This document shows, one piece after another, positions 11,218 to 21,076 of a DNA stretch of 64,000 bases. The translations under genes and the position numbers were made by a program. Source of the DNA: Obrimoposthia wandeli (taxonomy: Eukaryota). The stretch's first letter is position 1; the number at the start of each line of letters is the position of its first letter. The stretch is from assembly GCA_977020255.1 (NCBI GenBank), contig CDROCS010001143.1, positions 248,001 to 312,000 of the forward strand, in the 5' to 3' direction. Below the pieces are notes generated by a model, which did no database searches, was not told the DNA's origin, and was given only the letters and a program-made list of their open reading frames with translations.

Positions 11218-12714
11218 CTAATTAGGGTCCAATGAAATCCAAGCCGTTTTAAGATTTATGTATTTATCAAAGGCGTGTAGTGAACGATCGACTCCATTAC
11301 CTGATTGTTTCACGCCACCTAAAGGCACCGTTTGATCAGCACCACTAAAGCAGTTCACTTGTACCACGCCTGCATTTATTGCCTTAATCATTTTATGAGC
11401 GGTGGCTAAGTTTGAGGTCCAAACAACCGAAGAAAGCCCATAGACGGTGCTGTTGGCAATTTCTATCGCCTGTTCCATGGTATCAAAACTTATAATTGAC
11501 AATACAGGGCCAAAAACTTCCTCTTGAGCAAGTGACATCTGCGCAGTCACATCGCTGAAAACAGTAGGCGCGTAGTAACTTCCGCCACTTTCAGATAGCA
11601 GTTTTTCGCCACCCAGTAACAACGTTGCACCCTCGGCGATACCCTGCTTGACCTTTGTATCTATCACTTTTAATTGCGCTGCATTAGCGATAGCACCAGT
11701 ACTATGGCGCATATCAAGTGGATCACCGATTTGCAGTGCCTTGGCATAACCTAACACTTTTTCGATCAATTCATCTTTCACACTGCTATGCACTACAACT
11801 CTTGAAGCTGCGACACAAACTTGTCCTGAGTTTCTAAAGATCGAAGCGGCCGTTTCTTTCGCCACTCGCTCTAAATTAGCTGCATCGGCAAAGATTATAT
11901 TAGCCGATTTACCGCCTAATTCTAAATAAACCCGCTTCATATTAGATTGCGCGGCGTACTGCATCAATAATCTGCCGACACCGCCTGATCCTGTAAACGC
12001 TAATACATCCACATCCATATGCAGCGCTAGTGCCTTACCACTAGATTGCCCAAGGCCTGTAACAACGTTTAACACCCCAGCAGGAAGCCCCGCTTGAGCG
12101 CCAAGTTCAGCTATTTTCAACAGTGATAACGAAGCGCTTTCTGAAGGCTTTAGTACCACGCTGTTTCCCGCTGCTAATGCTGGGCCTAATTTCCAAGCCC
12201 CTATCATTAAAGGGAAATTCCACGGTACTATAATACCAACCACACCTACTGGCTCGCGGTGAATCAAACCTAATATTTGGTCACTGCTTGGAGCGATTTC
12301 GCCGTAGAGTTTGTCAGCAGCCTCTGCGTAATAGCGAATAGTGGCCGCTGCACTCAAAGGTTCACCTTTAAGCGCAGTTTTAATATCAGTGCCGTTATCA
12401 CGCACGCCAAGTACTGCAATTTCTAATGCGTGCTGTTCAATCAGATCAGCCCATTTACGCATTACTTTGCTGCGATAAGCCGGTGCCGCACCAGACCACT
12501 GCCCACTTGCAAAGGCTGTACGTGCTGCAACCACCGCAAGCTCAACATCCTCGGCGCTAGAGTCAACAATTGAGGTGAATACTTTACCGTCAATCGGACT
12601 TTCAACCGCTAAGCGTTGTCCTTTAATCCCTGCTGCTTGTTGATTGTTGATGAAGTTTTGTTGCGGTGCTACTTGCTGCGTTCTCAAGCTATCGATGTTA
12701 CTTTGATTGAGCAT
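11218..12714 (-). CDS. NAD-dependent aldehyde dehydrogenase (PuuC-like)
   Basis: IVPWNFPL, FTGS, ELGGKS, catalytic GQVC, EEVFGPV. Confidence 0.93.
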   Translation of the reverse strand: MLNQSNIDSLRTQQVAPQQNFINNQQAAGIKGQRLAVESPIDGKVFTSIVDSSAEDVELAVVAARTAFASGQWSGAAPAYRSKVMRKWADLIEQHALEIAVLGVRDNGTDIKTALKGEPLSAAATIRYYAEAADKLYGEIAPSSDQILGLIHREPVGVVGIIVPWNFPLMIGAWKLGPALAAGNSVVLKPSESASLSLLKIAELGAQAGLPAGVLNVVTGLGQSSGKALALHMDVDVLAFTGSGGVGRLLMQYAAQSNMKRVYLELGGKSANIIFADAANLERVAKETAASIFRNSGQVCVAASRVVVHSSVKDELIEKVLGYAKALQIGDPLDMRHSTGAIANAAQLKVIDTKVKQGIAEGATLLLGGEKLLSESGGSYYAPTVFSDVTAQMSLAQEEVFGPVLSIISFDTMEQAIEIANSTVYGLSSVVWTSNLATAHKMIKAINAGVVQVNCFSGADQTVPLGGVKQSGNGVDRSLHAFDKYINLKTAWISLDPN

Positions 12715-12798
12715 TTTTGTACCTCTTGGCTATCTTTTACGGCCGTCTTTCACAACTACTTTTTACAACTGCCTTTTGACAGGTTCTTTAAAGCGGAA

Positions 12799-13503
12799 TT
12801 AATCTATAGCTAACAATTTACGAGCTTGTGCTATACATAGCTCGGGTTTAAATACATCTAACTGCAAACCCAACATTCCAACAGCGTTTGCGCCTTCTGA
12901 GTTAATTATCTGATCATCAATAAACACACAATCCTGGGCGGCTAAATTCAATTCATCTAAACACAGCTGATAGGCTTTAGGATCTGGCTTGAGTATCTTG
13001 GTGTATGTTGCATCGACAATTACATCAACGATTTCAAGAAAAGGGAGCTTTTGCCTAATATCTTCACCGAAAAACAGATCTAATTCATTGGAGAGGATGG
13101 CTACTTTTCGCCCTTGACGATGCGCATCATACATCAGCTCTATCATTTCTAGGCGCATAATAGACATCGGATTTTCACCTCTGGCGCGCTTTACAAAATC
13201 AACCATGGTGGTCCAGTTTTCGCCGACTAACTCGCCAACTTCTTTGGCTCTGGCTAACCAATAATCTCGCTGGCTGATTAAACCCGCTTCCATATCGCGC
13301 CACAAAGGATCATTAGCGGGATCGAACGGCCCCATCCAAGTCAGTGTGCCGGGTGCTAAGCCTAATTCGCGCTCTGTTTGGGCGTGTGTCTCAAACATCG
13401 TTAGTGAAATAACACTGCCAAAATCTAACACTAAAGCTGTGGCGTGATTTTGCGCTGAGTTTACTGTTTGTGTTGAATTTGAGATTGAAGTTGAAGCACT
13501 CAT
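12799..13503 (-). CDS. HAD-superfamily hydrolase
   Basis: LDFGSV motif I variant, ILSN, KPDP, FIDD. Confidence 0.8.
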   Translation of the reverse strand: MSASTSISNSTQTVNSAQNHATALVLDFGSVISLTMFETHAQTERELGLAPGTLTWMGPFDPANDPLWRDMEAGLISQRDYWLARAKEVGELVGENWTTMVDFVKRARGENPMSIMRLEMIELMYDAHRQGRKVAILSNELDLFFGEDIRQKLPFLEIVDVIVDATYTKILKPDPKAYQLCLDELNLAAQDCVFIDDQIINSEGANAVGMLGLQLDVFKPELCIAQARKLLAID

Positions 13504-14357
13504 GAAACTTGATACCAGTTATCGGTCATTGTCTCGATCTCGTCCAAAGAATAACGCGCCTCTAACTGCGCAAAAATTTGTTGCACTTGCTCTGCATCAG
13601 CGCATATTTCAGAGGCAATAGCCCCTAGCTCGTAAACTGAATCTTGCGTTGGCAAGACTTCATCAATCAACAACACATTAGTGTGTCTATGTTGTAATAG
13701 ATGTTGATACGCCCCGAGATAAAGATGAGCATCGTAATCAGGATTATCTCCTTCGGGCTCAATACCTAATGACAGTGCTAACGTTTTACTTTGCTGCCAC
13801 ATAAAATCAACCACTGACGGTGGTGCATCTAATGCTTCGCGCTCATGAGAGGGATTAGCAATGCTTTGCGCACGACAGTTCACTATATGCTGACGCACTG
13901 ATTGCGAGGGCACTGGCACAAAAAATTGTACTTGATCACTGGCAAGAAAAGGCTCTACCGCATCATCAATACACTGCACTATCTCGATTAAGCGGTTGCC
14001 GATTAACGGTAATTCACCAATCAAGATATGCTTTTCATCGCTATATTTTTGATGCCACTGCGCAATGCCTTCACGCGCCCAAAGCCCCACGGCTTTGCGA
14101 ATCATACTGTGGGTCACACCCTCTACTTCAGGATACTTTTGCAGAACCTCTTGCGTTTGAAAAGCTTCACGTGTCACATCCCATTGCAGCAAATGCACAA
14201 CACGACCTTGCTGCGCTGCCATTTTGGCAAACTGCTGAATATAAAGGCTTTTGCCTACTCCAGATAAACCTGCAAAAAGCACCACTCGTTTATCTAACGC
14301 AGTGCTTAGTTCACGGTGAATACTCGATTGTGCTTCAAAAATAACGCCTGTGCTCAT
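13500..14357 (-). CDS. Hypothetical P-loop protein
   Basis: Walker A GLSGVGKS; start at MSTGV behind a GAGGAG RBS; ATGA overlap with the HAD gene. Confidence 0.7.
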   Translation of the reverse strand: MSTGVIFEAQSSIHRELSTALDKRVVLFAGLSGVGKSLYIQQFAKMAAQQGRVVHLLQWDVTREAFQTQEVLQKYPEVEGVTHSMIRKAVGLWAREGIAQWHQKYSDEKHILIGELPLIGNRLIEIVQCIDDAVEPFLASDQVQFFVPVPSQSVRQHIVNCRAQSIANPSHEREALDAPPSVVDFMWQQSKTLALSLGIEPEGDNPDYDAHLYLGAYQHLLQHRHTNVLLIDEVLPTQDSVYELGAIASEICADAEQVQQIFAQLEARYSLDEIETMTDNWYQVS

Positions 14358-14527
14358 AACAATAACTCCTCGCAGCTTGAATTTGATCTTGAGGTCTCTG
14401 CATAACGTAACGAGCGATGATAAGACAAGGCAAAAATCGGCGAAATAGCGGAGTTTACTAGTGTAAATGAGCATATTGAGCCGGTTTTTAACGCCGTATT
14501 ATTGAGCGCAGTAGTTATGCAGAGGTC

Positions 14528-16143
14528 TCACCTGAATTGATTAACGCTTGGCATATCCCCTACAGGGATTTCAATCACTGTCGGCACATCAACATCGTGG
14601 CTTTTACGAATAGCTGCACGCAGTTCATCGTAAGTATTGACCTGCATTGCTTGAGCGCCAAATGCACGGGCCATTGCAACAAAATCAGGATTGACTAAAT
14701 CAGTGGCTATAACACGGCCATCGTAGTCATTTTTTTGCATTTCTTGCACATTGCCGTACTGATTATTGTTGAACAATAAAACGCAAAGACCGATTTTGTG
14801 TTGCACTGCAGTCGCCAGTTCCTGCACTCCAAACATAAAGCCACCATCGCCACACACTGAAATAACCGGCACATCAGGACGTGCTACTTTCGCGCCCAGC
14901 GCGGTTTGAAAACCATAACCTAAAGTGCCTTGATAGCCAGTAGTAATGTATGTGCGCGGCTTGTAAGCGGGGTAAGCAATACGACTAGCAAAGCCGATTT
15001 GGGTTAACTCATCCACGAAAATACCATCTTCACCTAGCTCTTCACGAATGATTTTCAAATAGCTCATTTGCGGCTCTAGTACGCTAACTTTTTCATCCCA
15101 AGTGGCACGTATTGCCAGCATTTCAGCTTCTTTAGAAGGCATCTTTAAGTCTAGTGCAACTAAATTTTTTAACAATTCTGGCAGTGCTTGCTCTGCTTTT
15201 GCAGTGATTGAAAGCGCAGGCTGAAAGAACTTATTATGGCTGCGTTGATCAACATCAATACGTATTACCGGTGGCAAATGCTTCTTTGCCCACTTTTGTG
15301 CAGGTACACGCATATTGGTGCCCACCGCGAGAACCAGATCAGCCTCCATCCAGTAATCTTTAGCCGCAGGTTGCTGTAGCGATAAATAATGGCGCGCATC
15401 TAAAATGCCCTTGCCAGTACGGTAACCAACCACAGGTGCCTGTAATAATTTTGCCAGTGCGGTTATTTGTGGGCTAACCCCTTGCGCGCCAGAGCCTTTA
15501 AAATCATTGGGCGCTTAGCTTTTCGCTATGACAAATGCTGCTGCTTCTTCAATCTGTAGTGCATCTAACGGTGGAATATCGTAATCAGCGGTATTTACAG
15601 CGGGCATTTCTACCCTGCCATACCCTTGGCTTGTAGAATATCCATCCCGGGATTTCCAACGCCACAGGACGCGGAGCTACCGAATGCATTTGGCGATAAC
15701 CTTCATTAATCAATTTAGGCACATCATTCGCTATAAGCTCTATTGGCATATTTAGTCAGCGACTTAAGAATATCTAGCTGGTTGTTGATTTCGTGTAGTA
15801 CGCCCTCTTCTTTACCGATGCTCTGCGAAGGTATTTGGCCAGTCAAACAAAACACTTTGGCATTTAATGCATAAGCTGTAGCCAATGCCGCCGATGCATT
15901 CAATAATCCAGGGCCGGGTACTACACTAAACATCCCAACATCACCTGTCGCTTGGGCATAACCAAGTGCCATATAGGCTGCGCCTTGTTCGTGGCGAGTA
16001 TGAATAACTCTAATGTCTTTGCCGCCATCGTAAAGCGCGTTAAAAAACCAATCGTTTTGCACGCCGGGAATACAAAATAATGTTTTCACCCCATGTGCAT
16101 GTAAACTTTTAACGGCTGCTTCGCCACCTGTTAGCTTTTGCAT
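14528..16143 (-). pseudogene. ThDP-dependent enzyme (IlvB/decarboxylase-like), frameshifted
   Basis: N-terminal RHEQGAAYMALGYA, C-terminal GDGGFMF...NNNQYGNV; several single-base shifts in 15433-15724. Confidence 0.85.
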
Positions 16144-17258
16144 TAAGTACGCTCCGTTTCTAGTGTTTCAATAATCTGCTGCATTGCTGTTATAAACTGC
16201 TGATTAGCTTCGGGTAAACCGACACTCACTCTAATATGATTAGGCAGATAAAAGGCACTACGCACCATTACTCCATATTTAATAAGCCGCTCGACAATAT
16301 CTGCAGCCGTACGCCCTTTTGGCGCTTCAAAACAAATGAAATTTGATTGGCTTGGCCAATACTTCAAATCAATAGCATCCATTTGCTCGCGCAACCAAGC
16401 ACGCTGTTGAGTATTGTTATCTATCGTTTTGTTCAAGAATTCTTCATCATTAAGTGCTGCTTCCATGGCCGCCAAGCTCAAGCTATCATTTTGAAAGCTC
16501 AGTTTATGGGCACTGAGCTGAGCAATCGTTGCTTCACTGGCTATCGCATAACCCATGCGCATTCCTGCCAAACCATAAGCTTTTGAAAAGCTGTGCAAAA
16601 TGACGATATTCTTATTAGCCAACACACAGCTAATAGCATCGGGCATTTCAAACTCAGTGGCATAATGGTAGTAAACTTCGTCGTACACTAAAGTGACGTG
16701 ATCTGGGATGATATCCAATACTTGAAGTAAACTTGCTTGATCGAAATAAGTGCCTGTAGGGTTGTTCGGGTTACACAGATAAACGAGTCGCGTATCGTCA
16801 CTGATCGCTTCTTTTAAGCCTGCCACTTCCAGCTCAAAGGTTTGCGCATTCAGTGGATGCTCTATCACTGTTGCGCCTTTTAACTTTGCCGTTGCTGCAT
16901 AAGAGCCAAAACAAGGTGGGCAAATCACCACGCTGTTACTCTGATCTGCTTTAAAGTTAATATTTTCTAGCAAGTTAATCAGGTCAACCGCACCATTGCC
17001 GCACACAAAATTGGCAGCCGTTAAGCCTTGGCCAAAATGTTTAGCCAGCGCAGTGGTTATCGTTTTATCGCTACGCGCCGGGTAAAAATTTAAATCATTC
17101 AAGCATGCTTCTATAGCCGCGCGGGCTTTAGGCGACGCACCAAACGGGTTTTCATTGGATGACAATTTATGAATTTTTTTCCCGCTCAATTGACTCTGAA
17201 CATCTGCTATCGACTTACCAATATTGTACTCACTCACTTTCGTACTCCTAAAAACCAA
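16143..17258 (-). CDS. Class I/II aminotransferase, HisC-like
   Basis: LSSNENPFG, CNPNNPTG, DEVY, SFSKAYGLAGMRMG; TAATG coupling to the ThDP gene. Confidence 0.9.
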   Translation of the reverse strand: MVFRSTKVSEYNIGKSIADVQSQLSGKKIHKLSSNENPFGASPKARAAIEACLNDLNFYPARSDKTITTALAKHFGQGLTAANFVCGNGAVDLINLLENINFKADQSNSVVICPPCFGSYAATAKLKGATVIEHPLNAQTFELEVAGLKEAISDDTRLVYLCNPNNPTGTYFDQASLLQVLDIIPDHVTLVYDEVYYHYATEFEMPDAISCVLANKNIVILHSFSKAYGLAGMRMGYAIASEATIAQLSAHKLSFQNDSLSLAAMEAALNDEEFLNKTIDNNTQQRAWLREQMDAIDLKYWPSQSNFICFEAPKGRTAADIVERLIKYGVMVRSAFYLPNHIRVSVGLPEANQQFITAMQQIIETLETERT

Positions 17259-17261
17259 TGT

Positions 17262-17753
17262 TTACTCTAGTCCGCTAATTAGCGTATTTAACAGCGCTTT
17301 GAACTTTGCCCCATCGCGTTTCCCTAATACGGCACTTATCTTATCTTCTACTTTCATCATCGCTGCATAAGCTTGGCCGTAAAGTGCCATCCCCTCTTGT
17401 GTGGCAACTATAAGACTGCTGCGTTTGTCTTGCTCTGGTGTTTGGCGCGATACAAAACCCCGCTCTTCTAATGATTTTACCGCTTGGCTAAGTAACGGCT
17501 GACTAATATGAGCAAAGGCCGTTAGCTGTTGTAACGTCGCTTGCGGCTGAGTGCATACCATCGATAATGCGCGCCACTGCGCCTGCGACAACTCTAATTC
17601 TTTAAGCTGTACTACTGATATATTTTTCACTAAACGCGACGCCGTATGTAAGCCAAAACTAAAACGGTCGGTAATATCTTGCTGGCTTGGTTGCTCACTA
17701 GATGGTTGATCCAAAGTGCTTACCTCAAATAATTTTTGTCTACTTATAAACAT
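17262..17753 (-). CDS. MarR family regulator
   Basis: Winged HTH, LEERGFVSR...DKRS. Confidence 0.88.
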   Translation of the reverse strand: MFISRQKLFEVSTLDQPSSEQPSQQDITDRFSFGLHTASRLVKNISVVQLKELELSQAQWRALSMVCTQPQATLQQLTAFAHISQPLLSQAVKSLEERGFVSRQTPEQDKRSSLIVATQEGMALYGQAYAAMMKVEDKISAVLGKRDGAKFKALLNTLISGLE

Positions 17754-17942
17754 CTGCGCTTATATTAAAAATATTGTATCGATATTTATATAAAAAACTA
17801 TATAAAAAATTATATATATTATTATACAAATCTACTTAATAAATTAATTAAATACAAGTGAATATTTTGAGTTGTTAGTGCTTAGACAGAGTTTTTAGGG
17901 GGAGTTGGTGAGTAGAAATAGATTATTGTTAGATAGGGAACA

Positions 17943-19299
17943 GGCTCTTCTACGCTTTGTTGAGTGATCCTTGCTAATATCTGTAGAATATTGATTGATC
18001 ATCAGGTAGTGAAGATTGCCTAATCTTAAGCTTGAAATATTCTGTATCTCGAATCCCTCTTGCCCGTTTTCGAATCATGCCAATACTAACATTTCCTGCC
18101 TCTATTCTTGCACTCGTCAGATGATGCTTTGCATAATTACAAATCCCAACTTTATGCCTTCTTAGTGACTTTGCAAACTTCTTCAGATAAGGCATTTTTG
18201 TTTCATCAGCTATCTCGCACCATGTTTCTAACCGTTCGGCCATTCCATCGTAAGCATCTGATTTTAATATATTTTGCAGCTGCTCCTTCAGAACATACAG
18301 TGTGTTCAAATTCATATTTTCACTCAGTAGTGCTTGTAGCTTACACACTTGCTTTTCGCTTAATTTATCTGAGTTTTTCAGTACTAAATAATGCGTTCCT
18401 TTGAGTAATTCTTTACCCGATTTATCCGCTTTTCTAAACTCAATGCGCCGCTGATTTCCAAGCGCTTTGCTATAATTCTGCATAACATGAAAACGATCAA
18501 AAACGATGTCAGCATTGGGTAAGCACTCACGGACAGATTTTTGGTAAGATGGCCCCATGTCCATTGCGATAGCTTCTATCCCTGCTGCCGTCTTATTAGG
18601 TAATGTCTTGAGAAAACCCGAAAAAACATCAGCGGTACGCCCTGTGCCTACCCAGATTAAATGGCCTTCAACCATGTCATAAACAACCGTCATATAATCA
18701 TGTCCCTTAGCTCTTGCTACCTCATCAACACCGATATATTTCAAGTTCTCAAGCTGACTTGGGTCCAACGCAGGTAATGTCGATTCTAGATAAAACCTAT
18801 CCATATTTTTGACCGTTCCCCAGCGCACTCCCAAGTGCCGAGAAACAGCCTGTATGCTCATATGACGGCACAGCCCGCTGACGAGTTGGCAGAAACGCTT
18901 GGTGTAACGACTGCCTTTATAGACGAAGTCGCAAGACTCTATGCGCCTCTCGTTCTTCCCCGTCCATACTTGTGCTAATTCGATTTCTATCGAACAAGGT
19001 AAACCAAAAATGGGTAAATCTTGCACTGAGCGACGGACATATTTATTAATAGTCCCTGTGACAGCTGTCAAAGGATCTATTGCCTTAAACCGTTTGTCAC
19101 GATGACAGTGGATAATGACTTTATTTAGGGTTTGGTTATGTTCTATTTGATTGACGCATTGGCCTTTTAAAGCCAAAATATTGGCTGGGATACTGATAGT
19201 CATATGTATGTTATTTATAAAGTTGTGAGAAGCCTTATATTTCAACAGATTATATGATTCTCAGCTATCCTTTATCACTCACCTAACCGTAGAAGAGCC
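17943..19299 (-). mobile_element. ISL3-family insertion sequence
   Basis: Terminal IRs GGCTCTTCTACG at 17943-17954 and 19288-19299; 8-bp flanks AGGGAACA/AGGGAATA (target duplication with one mismatch). Confidence 0.92.
17974..19245 (-). CDS. ISL3 transposase
   Basis: IGVDE, AIAMDMGPSY, IVFDRFHV, RARGIRD.EYFKLKI. Confidence 0.93.
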   Translation of the reverse strand: MKYKASHNFINNIHMTISIPANILALKGQCVNQIEHNQTLNKVIIHCHRDKRFKAIDPLTAVTGTINKYVRRSVQDLPIFGLPCSIEIELAQVWTGKNERRIESCDFVYKGSRYTKRFCQLVSGLCRHMSIQAVSRHLGVRWGTVKNMDRFYLESTLPALDPSQLENLKYIGVDEVARAKGHDYMTVVYDMVEGHLIWVGTGRTADVFSGFLKTLPNKTAAGIEAIAMDMGPSYQKSVRECLPNADIVFDRFHVMQNYSKALGNQRRIEFRKADKSGKELLKGTHYLVLKNSDKLSEKQVCKLQALLSENMNLNTLYVLKEQLQNILKSDAYDGMAERLETWCEIADETKMPYLKKFAKSLRRHKVGICNYAKHHLTSARIEAGNVSIGMIRKRARGIRDTEYFKLKIRQSSLPDDQSIFYRY

Positions 19300-19529
19300 A
19301 GGGAATAAGATGGATATTTATATCAATCAATAGATTAAGAAGTTAATACACTAGTGTTTCATGGCATTAGAGACTGTGATTTTATCAGTGCAAATTCTAT
19401 ATTTCGAAAAGCTTAAATGATTTATTTTTTATGTACATAAAAAGGTCGCCCACTATGCCTCTAAAGCTCATTCATGTGATCACTGCATTTGTAAATCCTT
19501 TTACATCAGACTCCTGCGCTTTGCGCAAA

Positions 19530-19750
19530 ATTATTGGCCGCTCGTAAACGCCATCTCGATAAGTGCTCCATGCTTTATTCTACCTCCTGCATCCATGCAG
19601 TCGCAGGCGCACTCGCTCTACGCAACATTGCCTATAGGGATATAGGTACTTAGACTTTGCCGGGAGCTAAAAGTCTGCCTGTTGCTACGCTTCAATAATT
19701 TCACCCAAAGCTACGGCGGCAATACAAGGGATTAGGCAGCTTCGTAGCTT
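19530..19750. repeat. REP/MITE-like multi-hairpin intergenic element
   Basis: CTGCAT-CC-ATGCAG (19587-19600), AGACTTT..AAAGTCT and AAGCTACG..CGTAGCTT stems. Confidence 0.45.
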
Positions 19751-19870
19751 GATTCGAGCGTGATGGTTCTTCTTCATATATATCTAACAAAAGAGAAAAC
19801 AACTCTATAACCTTAATAGATTAGTTCTTAGAAATGGTTGTCTTACATCTTCGTGGAGATATGGGAAGTG

Positions 19871-19899
19871 TTGACGGTATACAGGGATAAGGCTATAAT
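19871..19899 (+). promoter_or_regulatory. Sigma70 promoter for the retron operon
   Basis: TTGACG-17 bp-TATAAT. Confidence 0.8.
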
Positions 19900-19905
19900 T
19901 TTGTT

Positions 19906-20110
19906 ACCAGTGACTAGGAGCAGCTCCAGTCGTAAAGTTGGTCCCTAGAAATCATGAATTGATTTCTACTGTCTGCCCCACTCATTTTGAGCGGGGTAGG
20001 TAGTTGAAAAATAGAGCCCTTCCTCACAGAGCACAGCCCCAGCCATCTTCTCTTTTTTGTCATCAAAATGTCTAGCAATGAACAGCGCGTCTAATTGCAC
20101 TTAGAAACAA
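19906..20110 (+). ncRNA. Putative retron msr-msd RNA
   Basis: About 210-nt leader between promoter and RT with hairpins at 19912-19931, 19946-19968 and 19968-20004; a1/a2 repeats not identified with certainty. Confidence 0.55.
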
Positions 20111-20119
20111 AGGTTAACG

Positions 20120-21076
20120 ATGAGTAAAAGAACATTGGAACAAGCATTTAATGCTGTTTTTCATGACAAATATAGCTTTGTTGATTTCTGTTCTATTGAA
20201 GTAGCCAACGAAGTAGAAAATTTCACAATTTCAGATCGACAAATTTTTAAAACCTCAGATAAATTAAAAAAATATTTACGCTTTATCGATCGCGTCATTC
20301 TGCGTTATTTAGCGAAAGATGGGGATGTTGTTCATTCTTTTACTAAAGGAAAAAATACACTAACGGCGGTCCAAGCTCATAGTGGCAATAATTATTTTTT
20401 TCTAACTGATATTAGTAGTTTTTATCCTAATATTAAAGCAGATGATGTCTTGCGCCTTATGAAAAGGGATAGTCATTTAATTCCTGTTTTAAATATAAAA
20501 ACCTATATAGAGCGATTAACTACCATGATGTCTTTTGGCGGTTCAATTCCTGTTGGTTTTCCTACTTCGCCTCAATTAAGTAATGCTTTTTTATTTGAGT
20601 TTGATTGTGCTACTAAAATCTACTGTAAAGACAAGGGCTTAATTTATACCCGCTATGCCGATGACATTATCATTTCAGGCAAAAGCTTTGATGAGCTGGC
20701 TGAACTTAGGATTATAATTCAAGAGCTACTTGTTGAATATGCATCCCCTCACCTTATATTGAAAGAAGAAAAAACCCATATTACTCATCTGGGAAATAAG
20801 GTGAAAATTTTAGGGCTGAGGGTTTTGCCAAATGGTCAAATTACTTTGGATGCCAAATATAAAAAGAAGCTCGAGCTGTTGCTGCATTTCTATGCCACCA
20901 ATGAAAAAAAATATGAGAGTTACCTTGAAGAAGAATTTAAAGGTAGTGAACAATCATTATTCGGTTTGCTACATTATACAAAATCAGTTGACCCATCTTA
21001 TTTAGAAAAGCTGCAAAGAAAATATGGTGTCTATGCTCTTAGAAAGCTCATGGAGGGCAGGCGGAATGTTCCATGA
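20120..21076 (+). CDS. Retron-type reverse transcriptase
   Basis: AVQAH (region X-like), TDISSFYPNI, PVGFPTSPQLSN, YTRYADDIIISG, ILG in place of VTG; 318 aa with no maturase or endonuclease domain. Confidence 0.9.
   Translation: MSKRTLEQAFNAVFHDKYSFVDFCSIEVANEVENFTISDRQIFKTSDKLKKYLRFIDRVILRYLAKDGDVVHSFTKGKNTLTAVQAHSGNNYFFLTDISSFYPNIKADDVLRLMKRDSHLIPVLNIKTYIERLTTMMSFGGSIPVGFPTSPQLSNAFLFEFDCATKIYCKDKGLIYTRYADDIIISGKSFDELAELRIIIQELLVEYASPHLILKEEKTHITHLGNKVKILGLRVLPNGQITLDAKYKKKLELLLHFYATNEKKYESYLEEEFKGSEQSLFGLLHYTKSVDPSYLEKLQRKYGVYALRKLMEGRRNVP

Noticed and set aside
20120-21076. RT as group II intron, DGR or CRISPR-associated RT
   Set aside because: No maturase or HNH domain, no TR/VR repeat pair, no cas1; the compact RT, structured leader and ATPase-TOPRIM partner fit a retron.
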